NCBI GenBank assembly: GCA_003971905.1
Contig: RSEE01000025.1
Span: forward strand, 124,001 to 188,000
Direction: 5' to 3'
Length of the DNA: 64,000 nt
From: Moniliella sp. 'wahieum'
Lineage: Eukaryota
Under the pieces are notes generated by a model. It saw only the letters and a program-made list of their open reading frames with translations, ran no database searches and had not been told where the DNA came from. Shown in pieces: positions 14,276-30,250 of the stretch (within the stretch, counting starts at the first letter, position 1; each line of letters begins with the position of its first letter). The translations under genes and the position numbers were made by a program.

Positions 14276-14525
14276 TCAAGAGCACCACACGGCCGAGTTA
14301 GGTAGGATACGGAAACGGTTGATTCCCGTACCCTTGTAGAAGCCGCCATACCTATCTCTTTTCCAAACCAGCTGTTACCCATGTCCACCAATCCTATTCT
14401 TTGATGGGCCAGGGGACGGAGAAAGCACCCTGGGCTTGGAGCTGCATCTTGACCACGTCCAGCGGGCAGGATAGCATTACCGAAGCAAGCCCAGCGCATG
14501 CGCCATAGATGACTGAGTCCTGGAT
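14276..14525 (-). pseudogene. Degenerate mitochondrial carrier (SLC25, NAD/folate-carrier-like) fragment
   Basis: SVIYGACAGLASVMLSCPLDVVKMQLQAQG (PxDxxK signature), followed in another frame by VWKRDRYGGFYKGTGINRFRILPNSAV*. Only about one of the three carrier repeats is present. Confidence 0.6.
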
Positions 14526-14731
14526 GAGCGACGTCCAGACAAGCAACACGCGGAGCAGCCAGCCAGCGATGGTGGCAGCGTCTGTGGTGTGGAGCGCTAC
14601 GGAGTAACCAGCCCCTGGTTCTGACTGCCAGCCTCTGCACACGCACGTGACTGCAGTGGCTGGCTGACGCCATGCATCACGCTCATACGATTGCATCTCC
14701 AGCGATGGATGATCGATGATCCTGCTCGAGG

Positions 14732-14766
14732 GGATCGAGGATCGATAATCGAGAACCGGTAACCGG
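14732..14766. repeat. Drifting heptamer palindrome array
   Basis: GGATCGA GGATCGA TAATCGA GAACCGG TAACCGG. Confidence 0.8.
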
Positions 14767-14959
14767 TCCCAGGCCCATCCCGTCGCTTAGCTAATACACA
14801 GGGGCATACTGCCTGCGGCTCTGAGATCTAAATACCGGAGCCTGGAGCGTGATATGATAACCTCGGCCAGCCAGCCACCCTGTCGGTCCCCAGCCAGCCC
14901 CGCCAACTCAGTCCAGCCCAACCTCCTGTCCCAGCCACCATCTCCCACCCCCCTTCGCC

Positions 14960-15585
14960 ATGTCTTCGCCCCGACGCCGCATGGAGACAGATGTCATCCG
15001 CCTGCTCCAATCCGATTATGAGGTTGAACTGGTCAACGACAGCAACATGCGCGACTTTTACGTCCGCTTCACGGGCCCGGCCGAAAGTATGTGTAGGCCG
15101 TTGTTGCCCCCTATCCACTCAATCGCAATGCTGACCATGATGCTTTCGCAGCTCCCTTTTCTGAAGGGGTGTGGAAGGTACATGTTGAATTGCCGGAAGA
15201 TTATCCGTACAAGTCCCCTTCGATCGGCTTCAAGAACCGCATATTCCATCCCAACATTGACGAAGTGTCCGGCTCCGTCTGCCTCGACGTGATCAATCAG
15301 TCCTGGACCCCGCTTTACCAGCTCGAGAACATCTTTACCCTCTTTCTCCCCCATCTACTTCGCTACCCCAACGCTAGCGACCCCTGAACGGCGAGGCGGC
15401 AGCGCTGTATTTGAGCCACCCAGAGCTCTACAACCAGCGCGTCAAGGACTATGTCCGCCTACGCCTCTGGCGACGTTGGTGCGCGCCAACAGGCGGAAGA
15501 GGAAGAGAGCGAAGAAGAAGAAATGTCGGACGTGTCGGACTTGGAGTTTAGCGATGAGGACGAGGCGGCTCAGATGGAACTGTGA
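14960..15585 (+). CDS. UBC8: Ubiquitin-conjugating enzyme E2 (Ubc8/UBE2H)
   Basis: [57 protein letters not shown] (catalytic Cys); acidic tail. Intron 15087..15151. Confidence 0.95.
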
Positions 15586-17136
15586 GAGATCTGGTGTCTG
15601 ATGCGTTGTCTCGCCTTGCCCCCTTTTTTCAAGTGACCGACTTACCAGGCTGGACATTGGTTCTTCATTTTTTGTGCCTTGCATTTACTTTCCTCCCGTT
15701 GCCCTCGGGCTAGGGGCCACCCGTCTAGGCCTATGACGCCCGATCAGGGTGGGCCGATGCCTTTTTTCCCATCCCGCGCACGCAACAGCACCTCCCGAGC
15801 GCTTCTTTTCTGCGACCCGTTTGAGCGCCATGTATTTACTTGTCGTGTACCACTCATGTACTTTTACCGCCCTTGGCATTCATCTCCTTTCTCTACGTCT
15901 CTGTGAATCGTTATCGTCCCGCTTCCTTTTTTCCAGAAGGGCGAAAGACTCCTTTTAATGAATCGAAAGCCCATTGTTTTGTTGTTCTATCTAGTTCAAG
16001 TAGAGATGGTAGTGGGTGGGTGGGTGTGAGAACGAGAAGGGGGCAATGTGCGATGCAGGAGTTGAGCATATATATGGAGGTTGTTGGGCGCCATGGACTG
16101 AGACTGAGGAGAATGGGGCAAAAAGCAGCAATGTTGAAGTTCAATAGGAACGAATAGCAGAGGCAGAGTGCAAAGAAGCACAGCTGGCCAAGGAGGAGAT
16201 GGGGGATGGTAGTGGAAGGGTCTGCACCGCTGGAACTGGGCTGCGTCCGAGGACGAGTTGCGCGTGGGAAGGCACGCCTGGGCTTGTCCTTTGGCCGAGT
16301 GAAGAGAGGATGGTCCGCCGACGGCAGTCTAACTTCGAACGGGCACAGCTGTGGAGGCACAAGCTGATGTGTTGGTACCATAAAATGCCAATTGATGGAG
16401 TGAGCCGTGGACGCGGCTGAGCAGCTGCACAGCTGACGACGGTGGTGTCGCTGCCGATCCCTCCATCCTTCACGTGGCCTCCCTGGACCTGATATCGACA
16501 CGCAAACAGGGCGGGGCGCGCGTTACGCGTTACCTAACCCAGCGCAGCAGCCAAAGTTTGCCAATGGCGACTGGGATGGAATTTGGCATCATGCATCATC
16601 GATCGCCGATCATCGATCGAGCGTCAAGTGCGTCGAGCTGCTGGGCGGCTGCAAGGGGCTGCACCATGCATGATGCATCATGCATCCGGGCTGCATCGGC
16701 CAGCGACAAACAGGCGCCGTGCGTGGAAGGGGGCGGCTGTGCACGCACGGCGCACTGCGGAGCAGAGCAGCGCAGAGAGACTGCGCCCGAGGCGGGGGTG
16801 GGTCTGGGCAGTGCAGGCGTCCGCAGCACCCGCTGGCACCCGCAGGCACACCGCAGCCCCACCGCAGCCCCACGCCAGGTTGGGCGACCATCGACGGCAG
16901 ACAGGCGCCGTGCGGCGGCGGCCCGCGCCTGCCTGGCCGCGGCGGACCTCCGGGGGAGCAGCGCCCGGCGCGGCAGGGGCGCAGTGTCGCCGCTTGCTCC
17001 ACCTCGTCGCCCAGCGGCTGGGATCAACGAATTCAACACGTGGCAACGTGCCACCGTGTCAGCTGCTCCCCGCCGCGCCGCCCGACTCATAAAAGCCCGC
17101 CCGCCCCCGCCCGCCCCTCCTCCCCACCCCACCACC

Positions 17137-19309
<2,173 letters not shown>

Positions 19310-19832
19310 ACGCGTCTGCCCCGCTGCCCCTTTCGCTTCCCTCCGCTTTCGCACGTTGCATACCCCTTTCCCCTGGCCCCTCTGTGTCCTTTCCCCTTAG
19401 CCCTATCTCGTCCACTATGAGTCTGTTTCCGTCCATCCGTATCACTCTCTCCCCTTTGGATTCCAAGCTTCAGCTTCACTACTCTCATCTTTTCTATGTG
19501 ATTCAAGCAGCAATTTGGGCATTGATGGTAACCACGGGGATCTACAGACAGTTTAATATAGTGCGTCTCGCCACGCAGTCGAGCGGGGAAATGAGGAGTG
19601 GGAGCGAGTTCTGAGTGAGGAGTGGGGAGTGAGGGCGATGTGGAAGCGTAGGCGGGGGCCCCGAAGTAGCGCGTGTTCTTCGATCGAGGGGTTGGAAATG
19701 TCGATCCCCATTCAAAATGACACGCACGCAGCACAGAAATCGGGACACTGGGGCCGTCGAAACGAACATTTCAGTCGTATTTTCGTCGTATTGAAATTTG
19801 AACAACCCGGAACGCGGCGCTTGGGCCCGAAA

Positions 19833-22592
19833 ATGGCGACGCGCTCCGCGAGCTCAAACGGGGCCACCGCGTCGTGCCTTCCCCCTCTCTTCCTCTGCCC
19901 TCCACGCGCATCTGTCGCGTCCCACCGCCGGCACAATGGTCGGGACCCCGCCCTCGCCCTCCGCTGGGTCAGCATCACGCGTACCCCCGTTTCATGCCGC
20001 CCCTTCTCCCTGCCGAGTCACGCCGCGTACCGTCCAGCGCATCCCCAAGGCCGCTTCCCACGCCTCGTCCGCTACAGACAGCGACAGGAACTCCGCCAGC
20101 GGTCGGCGATTCTCCCCTTACCCCGAGGCGCGGCACACTGGTTCCACCGGAATCCAAACCATGCTTCCTCTTCCCATCCCCGAATGCGCTTCGGGGTAAG
20201 AGGCCGGCGCCAACCTATCACTGCACCCATTTCGCCCTCCTTACGCCAACACGCGCCAACTCTTGCCCTCCCCAGTCGACCCCTGAGTCCAAGACGGATC
20301 GAGTCGAGTGAAGGCAGTAGTGGAGAGGGCGAGAATTTCACTGTTCTTTCGCCAACACGACGCTTTCCACGCCCACTTCGTCACCCCGTCGGCATGCTGC
20401 ACCCTCTAGCCCCTCGTCCTACTGCATTTCTCCGGTGCCTTACGATAGCGAGCGGGACGAAGACATGGCTGATGGATCGCTTTCTCCTCCTACCAGCATG
20501 GTCCATGAGCCTTCACCTGAAAGGACGATAAAACGCCACAGGTAGGCCAACCTTGCCCCCTTACTTCCCAACACAAAATCCCTTTTCGGGGGTCTTTCCT
20601 GATCAGTTGCCGCTTTCAAGTGCGTTGGCCCAGTCTGCTACTGGGCTCGGGTGGGGAGGACAATCGGTCTTCGGTCAGCCTGCGGCGCTGGACGTGGTTT
20701 ATAAGCTGCGCTCGAATGGGTTTGGTGGACCACCATTGTTTTCTCCTCTAAAATTCAGTACGTTCCCTCCCTCGTACCTGCGACTCGGGGCCCTTTCTGA
20801 TTCAATGTAGCCAACCGCCTCCGTCTGCTTCAAAGCTTTGGCTCGACCCGCTCGCGGCCGATGGGTGATGCGTGCCTACAACGGCGACCCGGATCTTCTC
20901 TTGAGCCATGAGACGGTGCAAGGGTTTGGGATGAGTTTGGACGAAGATCTGACGCTCCTCTGCGGTGCGTATATGCGCACTCGGCTGGGCGTGGTGGGGG
21001 CGCGTATGGCTCGGCGCGTGAATGGCTCGCGATCTGTGGTGACGACAATACGATCCGATTGGTCGACACGAGCGTTGCCAGCAACGAATATGTGCCCCAC
21101 GTCCGTCTGGAAGCATATGCAGGCAAAGGCACCCAACTGTACTCGGGCTGGCCCACCCGCACGGTGCTCCAAGCGCCAGCAGCCTTCTTCCAAGTCGCTT
21201 GGCGGCCTGACGATCGTGTTTTGGCGGCTGCGACGGCGGATTACCGTATCAACCTGTTTGATGTGGAGCGCAGCTGCTTGCTCGCTACCTACGCTGGTGC
21301 AACGGGAACCTCGCGAGCCTTGGCATTTGATGGCACTCCGATGGCCGTCTCTTCAGCTCCGTCGGACGGGACGGGGCAATCCATGTTTGACACGCGCTGC
21401 CACCCCTTTCGTCCGAGCGCGCGGGGGGGCGGGAGAAGAACCAATGTGCCACTGCCGTGCTCTCTTTGGGGCGCTCACGTGGGATCCAGCGCCCTGTGCA
21501 CCCCGGGCAGCCGTCGATTGACCAACCCAACCCGCCTTTTCGCCCCCGAGCGTGACAGGACTCGAATTTGTACCCTGGCAAACACATGCGCTAGTTACGT
21601 CCTGTGCCAAGGATACAATTTTGCGCAAGTGGGACCTGCGCGCGCCAGCGCAAGATGCCTTGCGACTCCCCTGAGCGAGGAGCGCAAGGGGAGACGGAGG
21701 AGGCGACGGCGTGTTTCACGCCCGAAATGGACGACGAACTTCTTCTGAGGAAATTGAACGTATGGCGGGGCGCGCGACCCTGACACGGGCTTGGTCTGTC
21801 CCAACGAGGCAAGTCGGGCCCTAGACCGACGAACGGCCAGGATGGAAAGCCCGTGTCCAGCGGTCAAATCCGGCATCTCGCATCGCTCCCAAAGAAGTAT
21901 CACGCGACTTGAGCTCAAAGGCACGACGTGCAGGCTCCGCACCCGGCGTGTCGGGCCTGGCTGTGAGTGAGGGGATCGTGTATGCGTCGGCGACGGACGG
22001 GAAGGTGTATGGTGCGTCTATGGCCGACCTGGCCACTCCTCTTGGAGGAGCCGTGTTGGCTCATCCGCTACTCAAGGATAGCACGGTGCTCACCCCCCTC
22101 GCTGCCAGTGCCACCCACGGCATCTTGGCGGTGGGCGGCAATATGGGTGATGTGGCGCTGTTTGACACGTTGGCCTCGAGCTCGCCGCCTCGGCCGAGCT
22201 TGTCAGCGGGCAAAACACGTTCACTTATAAGGGCCGGCACGAATGGGACGAGCCATGCTCTGTCGGGCGGCCACAAGGATGGGTACGTTATCTCGCTCGT
22301 GTTCTTCGGGGTTGCTATGTCTGGTTACTGATCTGACGTTGTGTGTGCGTCCAGCTTTGAGGTCAACTCGCTGTCCTGGGCCGAAGGGGCTGGGGTGCCG
22401 ACGCTAGCCAGTGCGGCCGACGACTTGACTGTGCGTGTCTGGCAGCGGACCAAGTCGAGTGTGAGCGCGCGAGGGAAGAGCCGAGCGACGAGTACGATTG
22501 GGCCTGACGCAAATGACACGCGAATGCGCAACAGCCTGAGCGCTCACCGGGCGCCCCGAAGAGCTAGTGGATGGGCGTGTCGGTTGGAGTAG
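19833..22592 (+). CDS. WD40-repeat protein, possibly Cdt2/DTL-like (CRL4 substrate receptor)
   Basis: Disordered S/P-rich N-terminus, then WD40 segments (FQVAWRPDDRVLAAATADYRINLFDVE; VYASATDGKVYG; LAVGGNMGDVALFD; EVNSLSW..LASAADDLTVRVW). The WD40 call is firm; the Cdt2 assignment is inference. Confidence 0.55.
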
Positions 22593-23180
22593 GGACTGCG
22601 TAGGCAGCATGGATGTGCTGCGGCATGGGCTGGCTGGGATGGATTGCATCGACAGACATGTGCAATCTTCCACACCGATTCATCTTTTCATCTCTGGTCG
22701 ACCTCGAATTAACAAGTAGTTAGGCGGGGCGGAGCCATCCTGCACACGGTGGGGTAAATGTATGAGCGCGATCGTCCCCGCCACACGCCTCTTTCACGCC
22801 CGCGCAAGAACGCGCGAGAGGGGCAGAAGACAAAGCTACTAGTACGTGTGGAGGCGGCTGGCCACATCCTATATCCAACTCCAAGGGCACCGGCCGCCGT
22901 GCCGAGTCTCAGCAGCCAGCGCTCAGCGGTGCTCAGCCTCGCGCTTCGCCTCTGCCCCGCAAACGCCCCTTTCGACAGCCTCTCGCAGTCCGCCTGCCCC
23001 CGCGGCCGCACTGGACAGCTCAGACACAGCTGGCCGGCCCATATAGGCCGGGGCGACAAGTGTACTTCCACTTCAGTCGACAGTCATTTTCTTTCGGCTC
23101 CCCCTCTTCACCACCACCGCTTCTTCCCTCTCCCTCCCGCCTTGGCCCCGGCCCCCCCAACCTCTGCGCAAGGCAGCCCC

Positions 23181-24930
23181 GATGGACCTGCGTGACCGGA
23201 GATGCTGGACGATGCTGTCCTGGCGCCATCGCACGCTCCGCACGCCGCCTCCGCCGACAGTATAGTAGGAGCTGCATATTTGCCCAGGAGCACCTTAACC
23301 TGGGACCGATGGGCACCTCGAGGTCTTGGGCGAAAGAGGCGCAGCAAGGACCTTTTCTCGCGTCCCCCTCCTCGGGTCACCCTAAATGATGCTTCGCTCG
23401 AGAGTCCTCCGCACCTTCCCGACTTCACATCCCAAGAAGACAACAACTCTTCGGCCACGCGGTTGATACGGATCGCCAAAGAGCAGCCCGTCCTCGCTGT
23501 GCCAGCTTTTGGCCGGGCGCGAGCCGATGCTTCCCACCTTACGCCCCTTCCACTTCCCTTGCCGCTCGATCCAGTCAAGCCGACGTTTCCTCTCGTTCTC
23601 GCCACACCCGCACCGCCTCCATCTCTGCCCAACGAACGTTGGAACTAGCCTTGGCCGAAGCAATGACTACATCGCCTTGCTTAGGTCGAGTCAAGCGCCG
23701 GATACCATCCGGTTCCTCTCTCAGTCTGGTTCCCGCTCATGTCGTGCACGTCAGCGTGTGTCAAGTGCGGTGTTTCAGAATGCAAGAGCTGCCAGGGCGG
23801 ACCAGGAGCTTGATTCCCTTGTTGCCCAAATCGCCGAATTGGCTAGGGACGCCTCTTCCTCCGACTCGAGCGATTCCGACAACAACTCGCCTCATCTCAT
23901 CCCTTCACCATTACCTCCTGAGCACCGCTCTGTCGAAAATCCTATTTTCTCCTTTGGTCCGGAAGATCATTTGCGCACACCCATCCTGGCACCTGCCCAT
24001 GTGCTCCAGACCTACGCGCAAGTGCCAGACACGAACGAATCCAACTTGGAGCACACCCCAGCCAATCCGCCAGCCAAACGGCCACGCCTAAGGCATCCCC
24101 ACTCTTCCGTGCATCCACATATGGCAGCCCTGGGTCGTACACTTCGTCTCTAGCTACCACGGCCTCGCCTGGACCGAGCAGGACCACAAGCCCACAAGCA
24201 CATAGCAAGCCACACCCCTCCCCCTCCTTTCGTGCCGATAACCAGCGAATGGATGAGCCAATCCGCTTCCATCTTACCTCGCCAGAAGGAATCCCGCAAT
24301 TGCCTACTTTTCCGACCCCACCCGCCCTCGGAGCTGCACTGGCATCGACCTCGCATTCATGTTGCGGACGCTGCCGACTTTTTCAGGTCGCAAACCCGGA
24401 CCGAAGATAACTCTGGAGTGTTCAGGGATGGGACCTTGGCTTCCGATGCAGGATCTGACGACTCCGGTTCAATCGACTGGAGGTCCGCCACAGGGCCTGA
24501 CCCGGAAGAAGACGAGGGACTAGGCCACCATCACGTTGCCTAATAAGCAGCATCCATTGGGTGGATCCACGAGAGTGGCGGTGGGTTCGATCGAACCCAG
24601 AGTGATGCATACTGCCATACCTAATCTGCTCTAGAAGGAATTTGATGGGACCACTGACCCATGGTGAGACGAAGTTATTGCTGCGGGAAGCAGATATCGG
24701 TCCCCCTCTTTCTTCAATTCGAGAGAGTGCGATACCTCCCTTTCTTCTTCGAGCCAATTTTGGTTCGCAAAAGCATTGTACACAATCTGTTTGTCGTCTC
24801 TGCAGGCACTGCCGTGGCATGGGTTTTTACTTTTCATCGTATAGGTCATCAATCCCTGGCCCGACCACAGCCCATTGCTGTTGGTTTGCACTCCCATCAC
24901 TCAAAGGCTACCAACATTCTTAGGTGTTGA
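23181..24930 (+). CDS. Hypothetical protein (low complexity, frameshifted)
   Basis: Chain of overlapping plus-strand ORFs with protein-like composition (23202-23648, 23509-24153, 24232-24543, 24642-24930) after a CT-rich leader. No recognised domain. Confidence 0.45.
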
Positions 24931-25309
24931 GTCTTCTCAAAACACCCGGAGCAGATACTAGCCCCTTCGGCTGCATGGTAACACCGCGATAGACACTAGT
25001 ATACGAGAGGGAAGTTCTCTCACGTATAAATGAAGAATCACCCTGTCCACCCGCTATGCCAGCTCAACTATGGTCCAACTGTATACACCAAGACTCGAAG
25101 CAGTATAAAGTTCCGGAGGCCATTCAATTGCGACCTGTTCCTCGATGAAACTACACAGAGCATATGTACATGCAAAGAAAACGTTCATGAGATACAGGCG
25201 GGAAACGGAGAGAAGTGAAAGTGAGGTGTCGCGCATACATAGCTTGACATCCACGCGCGCACATGCAGCACTCGATCGACGACTTTGACGGATATTGAAT
25301 GGTCAAACC

Positions 25310-27232
25310 TTACTCGGATTTGGCGACAAGAGAGCCATAGGGTTTAGCGTAGGCAATCACCGGATCGTCCTTGTCGACATGGGGCAATGCGCCAAAACCA
25401 AAGATACGGTTTCCATACCACTTCCACCACGGCATCGTTGACGGCATCTTCTTGTGCTGGGGTAGGTTGGTGTACACCAGGTCTGACCAATTGGGGAAAG
25501 TGAGCCGGTGACGCATGAAAATCTGGCTTTCGGGATACATTGCTGTCACCCGCCCCGAATTAAGATCCTCATACCACGCTCCACAACGAAGGCTAAACAC
25601 CGTCCGGGTCATAGCCTTGCAGATCCAGTTGAGGTCGTTCAACTCGGCCGACAACTTGACATCCACAGTAGGTACTTGCCGGTCCACAGGAGCCAGGCCC
25701 ACATCGTGCTCCCGGGTCTCTGGCAGCGGGGAATGGCTGATCGCCCGCCAGGTGGGACCCGGGGAAGCAAGGATGGGCTTGAAAATCTCAAGGAGGAACC
25801 GAATCTGGGACTCGGTAGTGAAAATAACCCTTGAAACGAGAAAAGTCAGAGGCACGAATTAGACAAGGCACGGTGGTACCAAAAGGACACGGGGAGGGAA
25901 TGCGTACGAAGTATGGCCCGTTGTAGAATTGGACCCCATAAGAATGCCTAAGTTGGGGAAGTTGGCCTGCATGGAGAACGGTAGGCAAAGTTGGCACCTC
26001 GGCCATAAGTAGTCCAATGCTGATGCATCTCTTCCCCGTTACGGCCATAGATGAGCATAGGGAATCCCGCCCGCAGCACGGAGAAGCCAATGCTCATGAT
26101 GATGACATCGGCATGAATCTGGCGGCCATCTTTGGTCTCGACGAAGTCCTTTCCAATTTTCCCTAGATTCTCTGGGATCAGTTCAATGTTGGGCGCATTG
26201 AGGCTGGCGAGAGTCACTGTCGAAGATGCGACGCTTGCAGCCAACGGTCAATTCTTGGTCCGTCGGGATGAGCATGTCCCAGTACTTTGGGCGCAAGGCG
26301 GTGGACGTGGGCAGTACAGGCGCGCTTCCATCGTGCACGCAGGAAATCGCCAAATCGTCCCAACTTGGTCAGGTTGAAGCTGAATTCACAGAGACAGAAA
26401 ATGGCGAAACGGTTGATCCACATGACGAGCGGAACATGGCGGATTAGCCACTTGAATCCTGGAATATATTCCAGGGGATTGCCAGGAATAGGGGCGATCC
26501 AGTGCTTGGAACGGGCAAATTGAGTAGAGTCTTGGCTTCGCGCCGAACGATTGGGATCAGCTGAGACGCGGTGCAACCATTACCGACAACCACCACATCC
26601 TTGTTCTTCAGGTCAACGCTGTGGTCCCACCGCTGTGAGTGGAAGATGGGTCCAGTAAACTTTTCGTGACCGGGAATGTTGATTTTGTTGGGCTCACTCA
26701 GTCCCCCGACGGCCATGACAAAGACCTTGCTCACGTAGTGGTACTGACGTGGGGTTGCAGCATCGCCTGACGGATTGACGTCTTGGGCAATAAAATGCCA
26801 GAGTCCTGTAGCATCGTCAAAGCGCGACTCGAGAACGACCGTGTTGACCCGGGCACGCTGAGTAACATGGTACCTATCAGCCACATTGGTGAAGGTACTG
26901 CTTCAGCTCCGCCACGCCGGGGTGCAGCTTGGACCAGTATGGGTTCTGAGCGAAGGAGAAGGAGTAGAACGGAGCTGGGATATCACAGGCACAGCCCGGA
27001 TAGGAGTTGGCGTGCCACGTCCCTGATAGTCCACTCTCTTTCTCCAGGATCAACACGTCGGTAACACCCAGTTTCCGCTCCAGTTGGATGGTCATGGCAA
27101 TGGAGGATACGCCGCCGCCGACAACGATAACCTCGTGATAAGCAGGAGTGAGCTTGTACGCATCGGCATAGGCCGAGTAGGCCCCAGGGGCTCGATGGAG
27201 GGCGGAAGAGGTGTCGAGACGGAGGCAGACAT
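25310..27232 (-). CDS. Flavin-binding Baeyer-Villiger-type monooxygenase
   Basis: First Rossmann VIVVGGG, GTWHANSYPGCACDIP, BVMO fingerprint FTGPIFHSQRWD (FxGxxxHxxxWD), second Rossmann VVVVGNGCTASQ. Confidence 0.93.
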
Positions 27233-27813
27233 GGCGGTAGCGATGGAGGGGTGGGGGGTACTAGGCTGGGTTGGGCACGTCTTCTTAAAGGGAATTGCCG
27301 GTATAGGCCGTCTATTCCTCTGGGGAGACGCAACGCAGCGACTGGCATATGTGCACGGGGGATTAATTGCTGACGTGCTGGGCGGTTATTGTAGTGCTGT
27401 AAATACACAGTGGTAGGGTGCCCCTACCTTGTGCTCCCCGCACTCGCAACACTTTCGCTCGCAGTCTAGCAAAGAGCCATCATGCATCATACATCCAGCG
27501 CCACCCGTAATCATACGCGCCCATCCAGGCCAGTCTGCTTTAGCGTGCAAAAAGGCCTTCCCCAACATACTACAAGCTAATTATCCCGGGGTTAAAGGCG
27601 GTTAGCGGTTGCCGGATTCCGATTTCCCCCACAACCCGCACTTTATGGGTGGTTCTAAGTAGCTGCGCGGGCAACGACTTCTTTGATCATCGATCATATC
27701 GGTGTATGAGATCCCGCTTGTCTCAGCGAGCGGTTAACGCCGCCGCCACACCGTCCTCTCGCCGACCCCACAGAGAGAGAACATTAAGATCACAGAGGGC
27801 GTGGGTGGGAGGG

Positions 27814-27860
27814 GTTAACGTTTATAACGTTTAACGTTTAACGCGGTACCATGTTTAACG
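27814..27860. repeat. Heptamer palindrome array (TTTAACG)n
   Basis: GTTAACG TTTATAACG TTTAACG TTTAACG .. TTTAACG. Confidence 0.8.
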
Positions 27861-30250
27861 ATTGTATCTTGCTTTGATATTCGCTTGTCAGATGGGGGTT
27901 AGCCTATCGCAGTACTCAGCGCCCTAACATACATCAGCCATTATCGAGTGTGCAGCCAAACATCAGCATCATCTGAGAACGCGGTACCCCACAAAACAGA
28001 GGGTGCACAGAGCACTTGTTGCTCTTATGTCTGCTTGTTGGGGCGAGACGCATGTTCTACCGCTGAACGCCCCATTTGCAGGATAGTGAAAAAGTTGGAG
28101 CCGAGAAATAACAAAATGTGCGAGGAATATGTCGAACGTGCCGAAGAAGGGCTCTAGATCTAAAAAAGGACAAGTCGGCCACCCACACTTGAAAGGGAAC
28201 ATGCTCTATTTAGACTAGAGCAATACAACGGGGAGTTGATGGATTAATTGTTTCGGCGAGCCATTCTCGGTCTATTACGGTAGATAATCGGGCAAGGGAG
28301 AAATGTGAGCTTGCGGGCTCGGTCAGCCCCGTGACAGTAGTATGGAAACGGTCATTTAGTGAAGTTCACAAGTACATTCAAGACAGAGAGAGGTGGAGAC
28401 ACCAATAACCCAGGGTTTACCGCTTACGTGCAGGGACTACAATAGGGAAAGAAAACGCGGTAGAGGGGGAGAAGCGGGAGAAAGGCAAGCGATTAGGGGG
28501 ACTATGGATCTACTAGGAGAGACTGTTCGAAAGTCCGGCAGGGGCAACGGTAAACCCGGGGGGAAAGACGAGTTGAATCCCAAATTAGGAACGCGATGCG
28601 ATGTGTGAGAAGCAAAGACAAACGGACACCAAGTGGCGACTACGCTGTACTAAAGAACACTGCGCCAATGACGGTATTATAGTATAGGTGGTCGAAAGCC
28701 ACCCCGGCCACCGGGCATGGTACGATCCCTCCACGCCTGTGCCTAGGTTGGGGTTTTATGAGAGCAATTAAAGGGAGCGAGCACTGGGGATGGGGTCGGA
28801 AACGGGAGGGGCTAAGTCCGGAGAAGGCGGAATCCAGGTCTCGGGACGTATCACCGATTGACTGAACTCCCTCCAATTCCCAATTCTGCATCCCGTGTAT
28901 CTCGCTCTTCCTTCTCCCGTCTGCTTCTGTCGCCTGACCGATGCCTCTTGTTTTCTCCCACGAACGAGCTTACCATTTCCCCCGTCTGTGACAGGACCTT
29001 CAATGGTATCCATCGTCTAGCCCCGATTGTTACAGCGAGGGGCAAAAGGGTGGGGAGCGTATTTATATACGCTAGCTAACACAACCGTACTCGCCGGTTC
29101 TCAGTGTTTTCGTTCGTGACATCGCAGTATTAATTAAACCAACAACACCTACAGAGGGACATGAACCACAGCCAGTCACCACCGGCCCTAGCGGAGTTAT
29201 AGGGAAGGCAGACGCTACAAAACAGCCGAGCTTTTAGGCCTGAGGAGGGACACAGTGAAAGGACTGAAAGGGACATATTTTGGCCAAACGTGCGAACCAC
29301 AAGATGTGGCTCAACGTATACTTCCGCAGGCTCTGTGTTCAACACATTCTGATGCAGTTCATGAGAGAGTGTCACTAGTCATGGAGACGGAGGTATCTGC
29401 TGTTATATTCGAAAAATGTTGGAGAAACTTGTCAAGTATTGAAGGGCACCCGTTGCGTCTCACACCAACGTTGACAGCCACATCGACGCCAGACCAACAT
29501 GTGTTTGTCCCCGGGATGACGGTTACTTGCCAAGGCCGGTGTGCAAAGACAAAGAACCGCAGCAACGCGGTAACACACTCCTGGGACTGTGCTCCAACCG
29601 TGGGGGAATGTGTGTCGCAACGGTGGGCAGCTGCCTATGGCCGCCTCGAAATCGTCGCTGGGATCCATGCAATGGTTTAAGAGGGGGATGGCTGGAGTGT
29701 GCACGTGACTCAGATGCTGCTGCGCTCGGCTGCGGAGCGTGACGCTGACGCTGAGCGCCTGCGCAGCCTGATGCTGAGCCGCAGGGTGCTGGTGCAGATG
29801 ATGGCTCGGCCGGGGCGCTCGTAGGCGAAACACTGCAGAGTTGCCGGGTGGCCAGGTGGTTGGCCCGGCTGGCGCCTGCTGGCGCCTGTCAAACCCTGGC
29901 GGCTCATTAAACGTTTAAACGAGGGTTGAATTGGATCGTGGTTCCTGATGCATGATGCACCCTGGAAGCTTATTTCTAGCAGGCGGGGGGCATTGATGGT
30001 GCTGCTGCAGCGCATGGGGGCGGCATGCGGCAGGTGCAGCAGGGCGGCGTACTCTGGCGCACTGCGGGCGGCATGCAGGGTGGGGTGGGTTGCTACCATG
30101 CAGCGTGCCACTTGCCACATTCCGCCGTCCTGTCAGGCACAGCGCCAGCGCAGCGCCTTCTTCTGATTTGCAGCCCTCCACCACGCCAAAACTGAGCAAG
30201 CCTCCTGCCCTCCCTCCCCCACCATCTCGGCTCCCGTCACCCCCGCCCCC

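Noticed and set aside
16474..17136. 221-aa N-terminal extension of GFA1 in the ORF track
   Set aside because: The enzyme needs Cys at the mature N-terminus (MCGIF at 17137, good ACCACCATG context). The upstream open frame is GC-rich promoter sequence.
28529..28816. RNase P/MRP RNA (GAAAGTCC.. and ..GGGGCTAA)
   Set aside because: The two segments are not complementary as the P4 helix requires.
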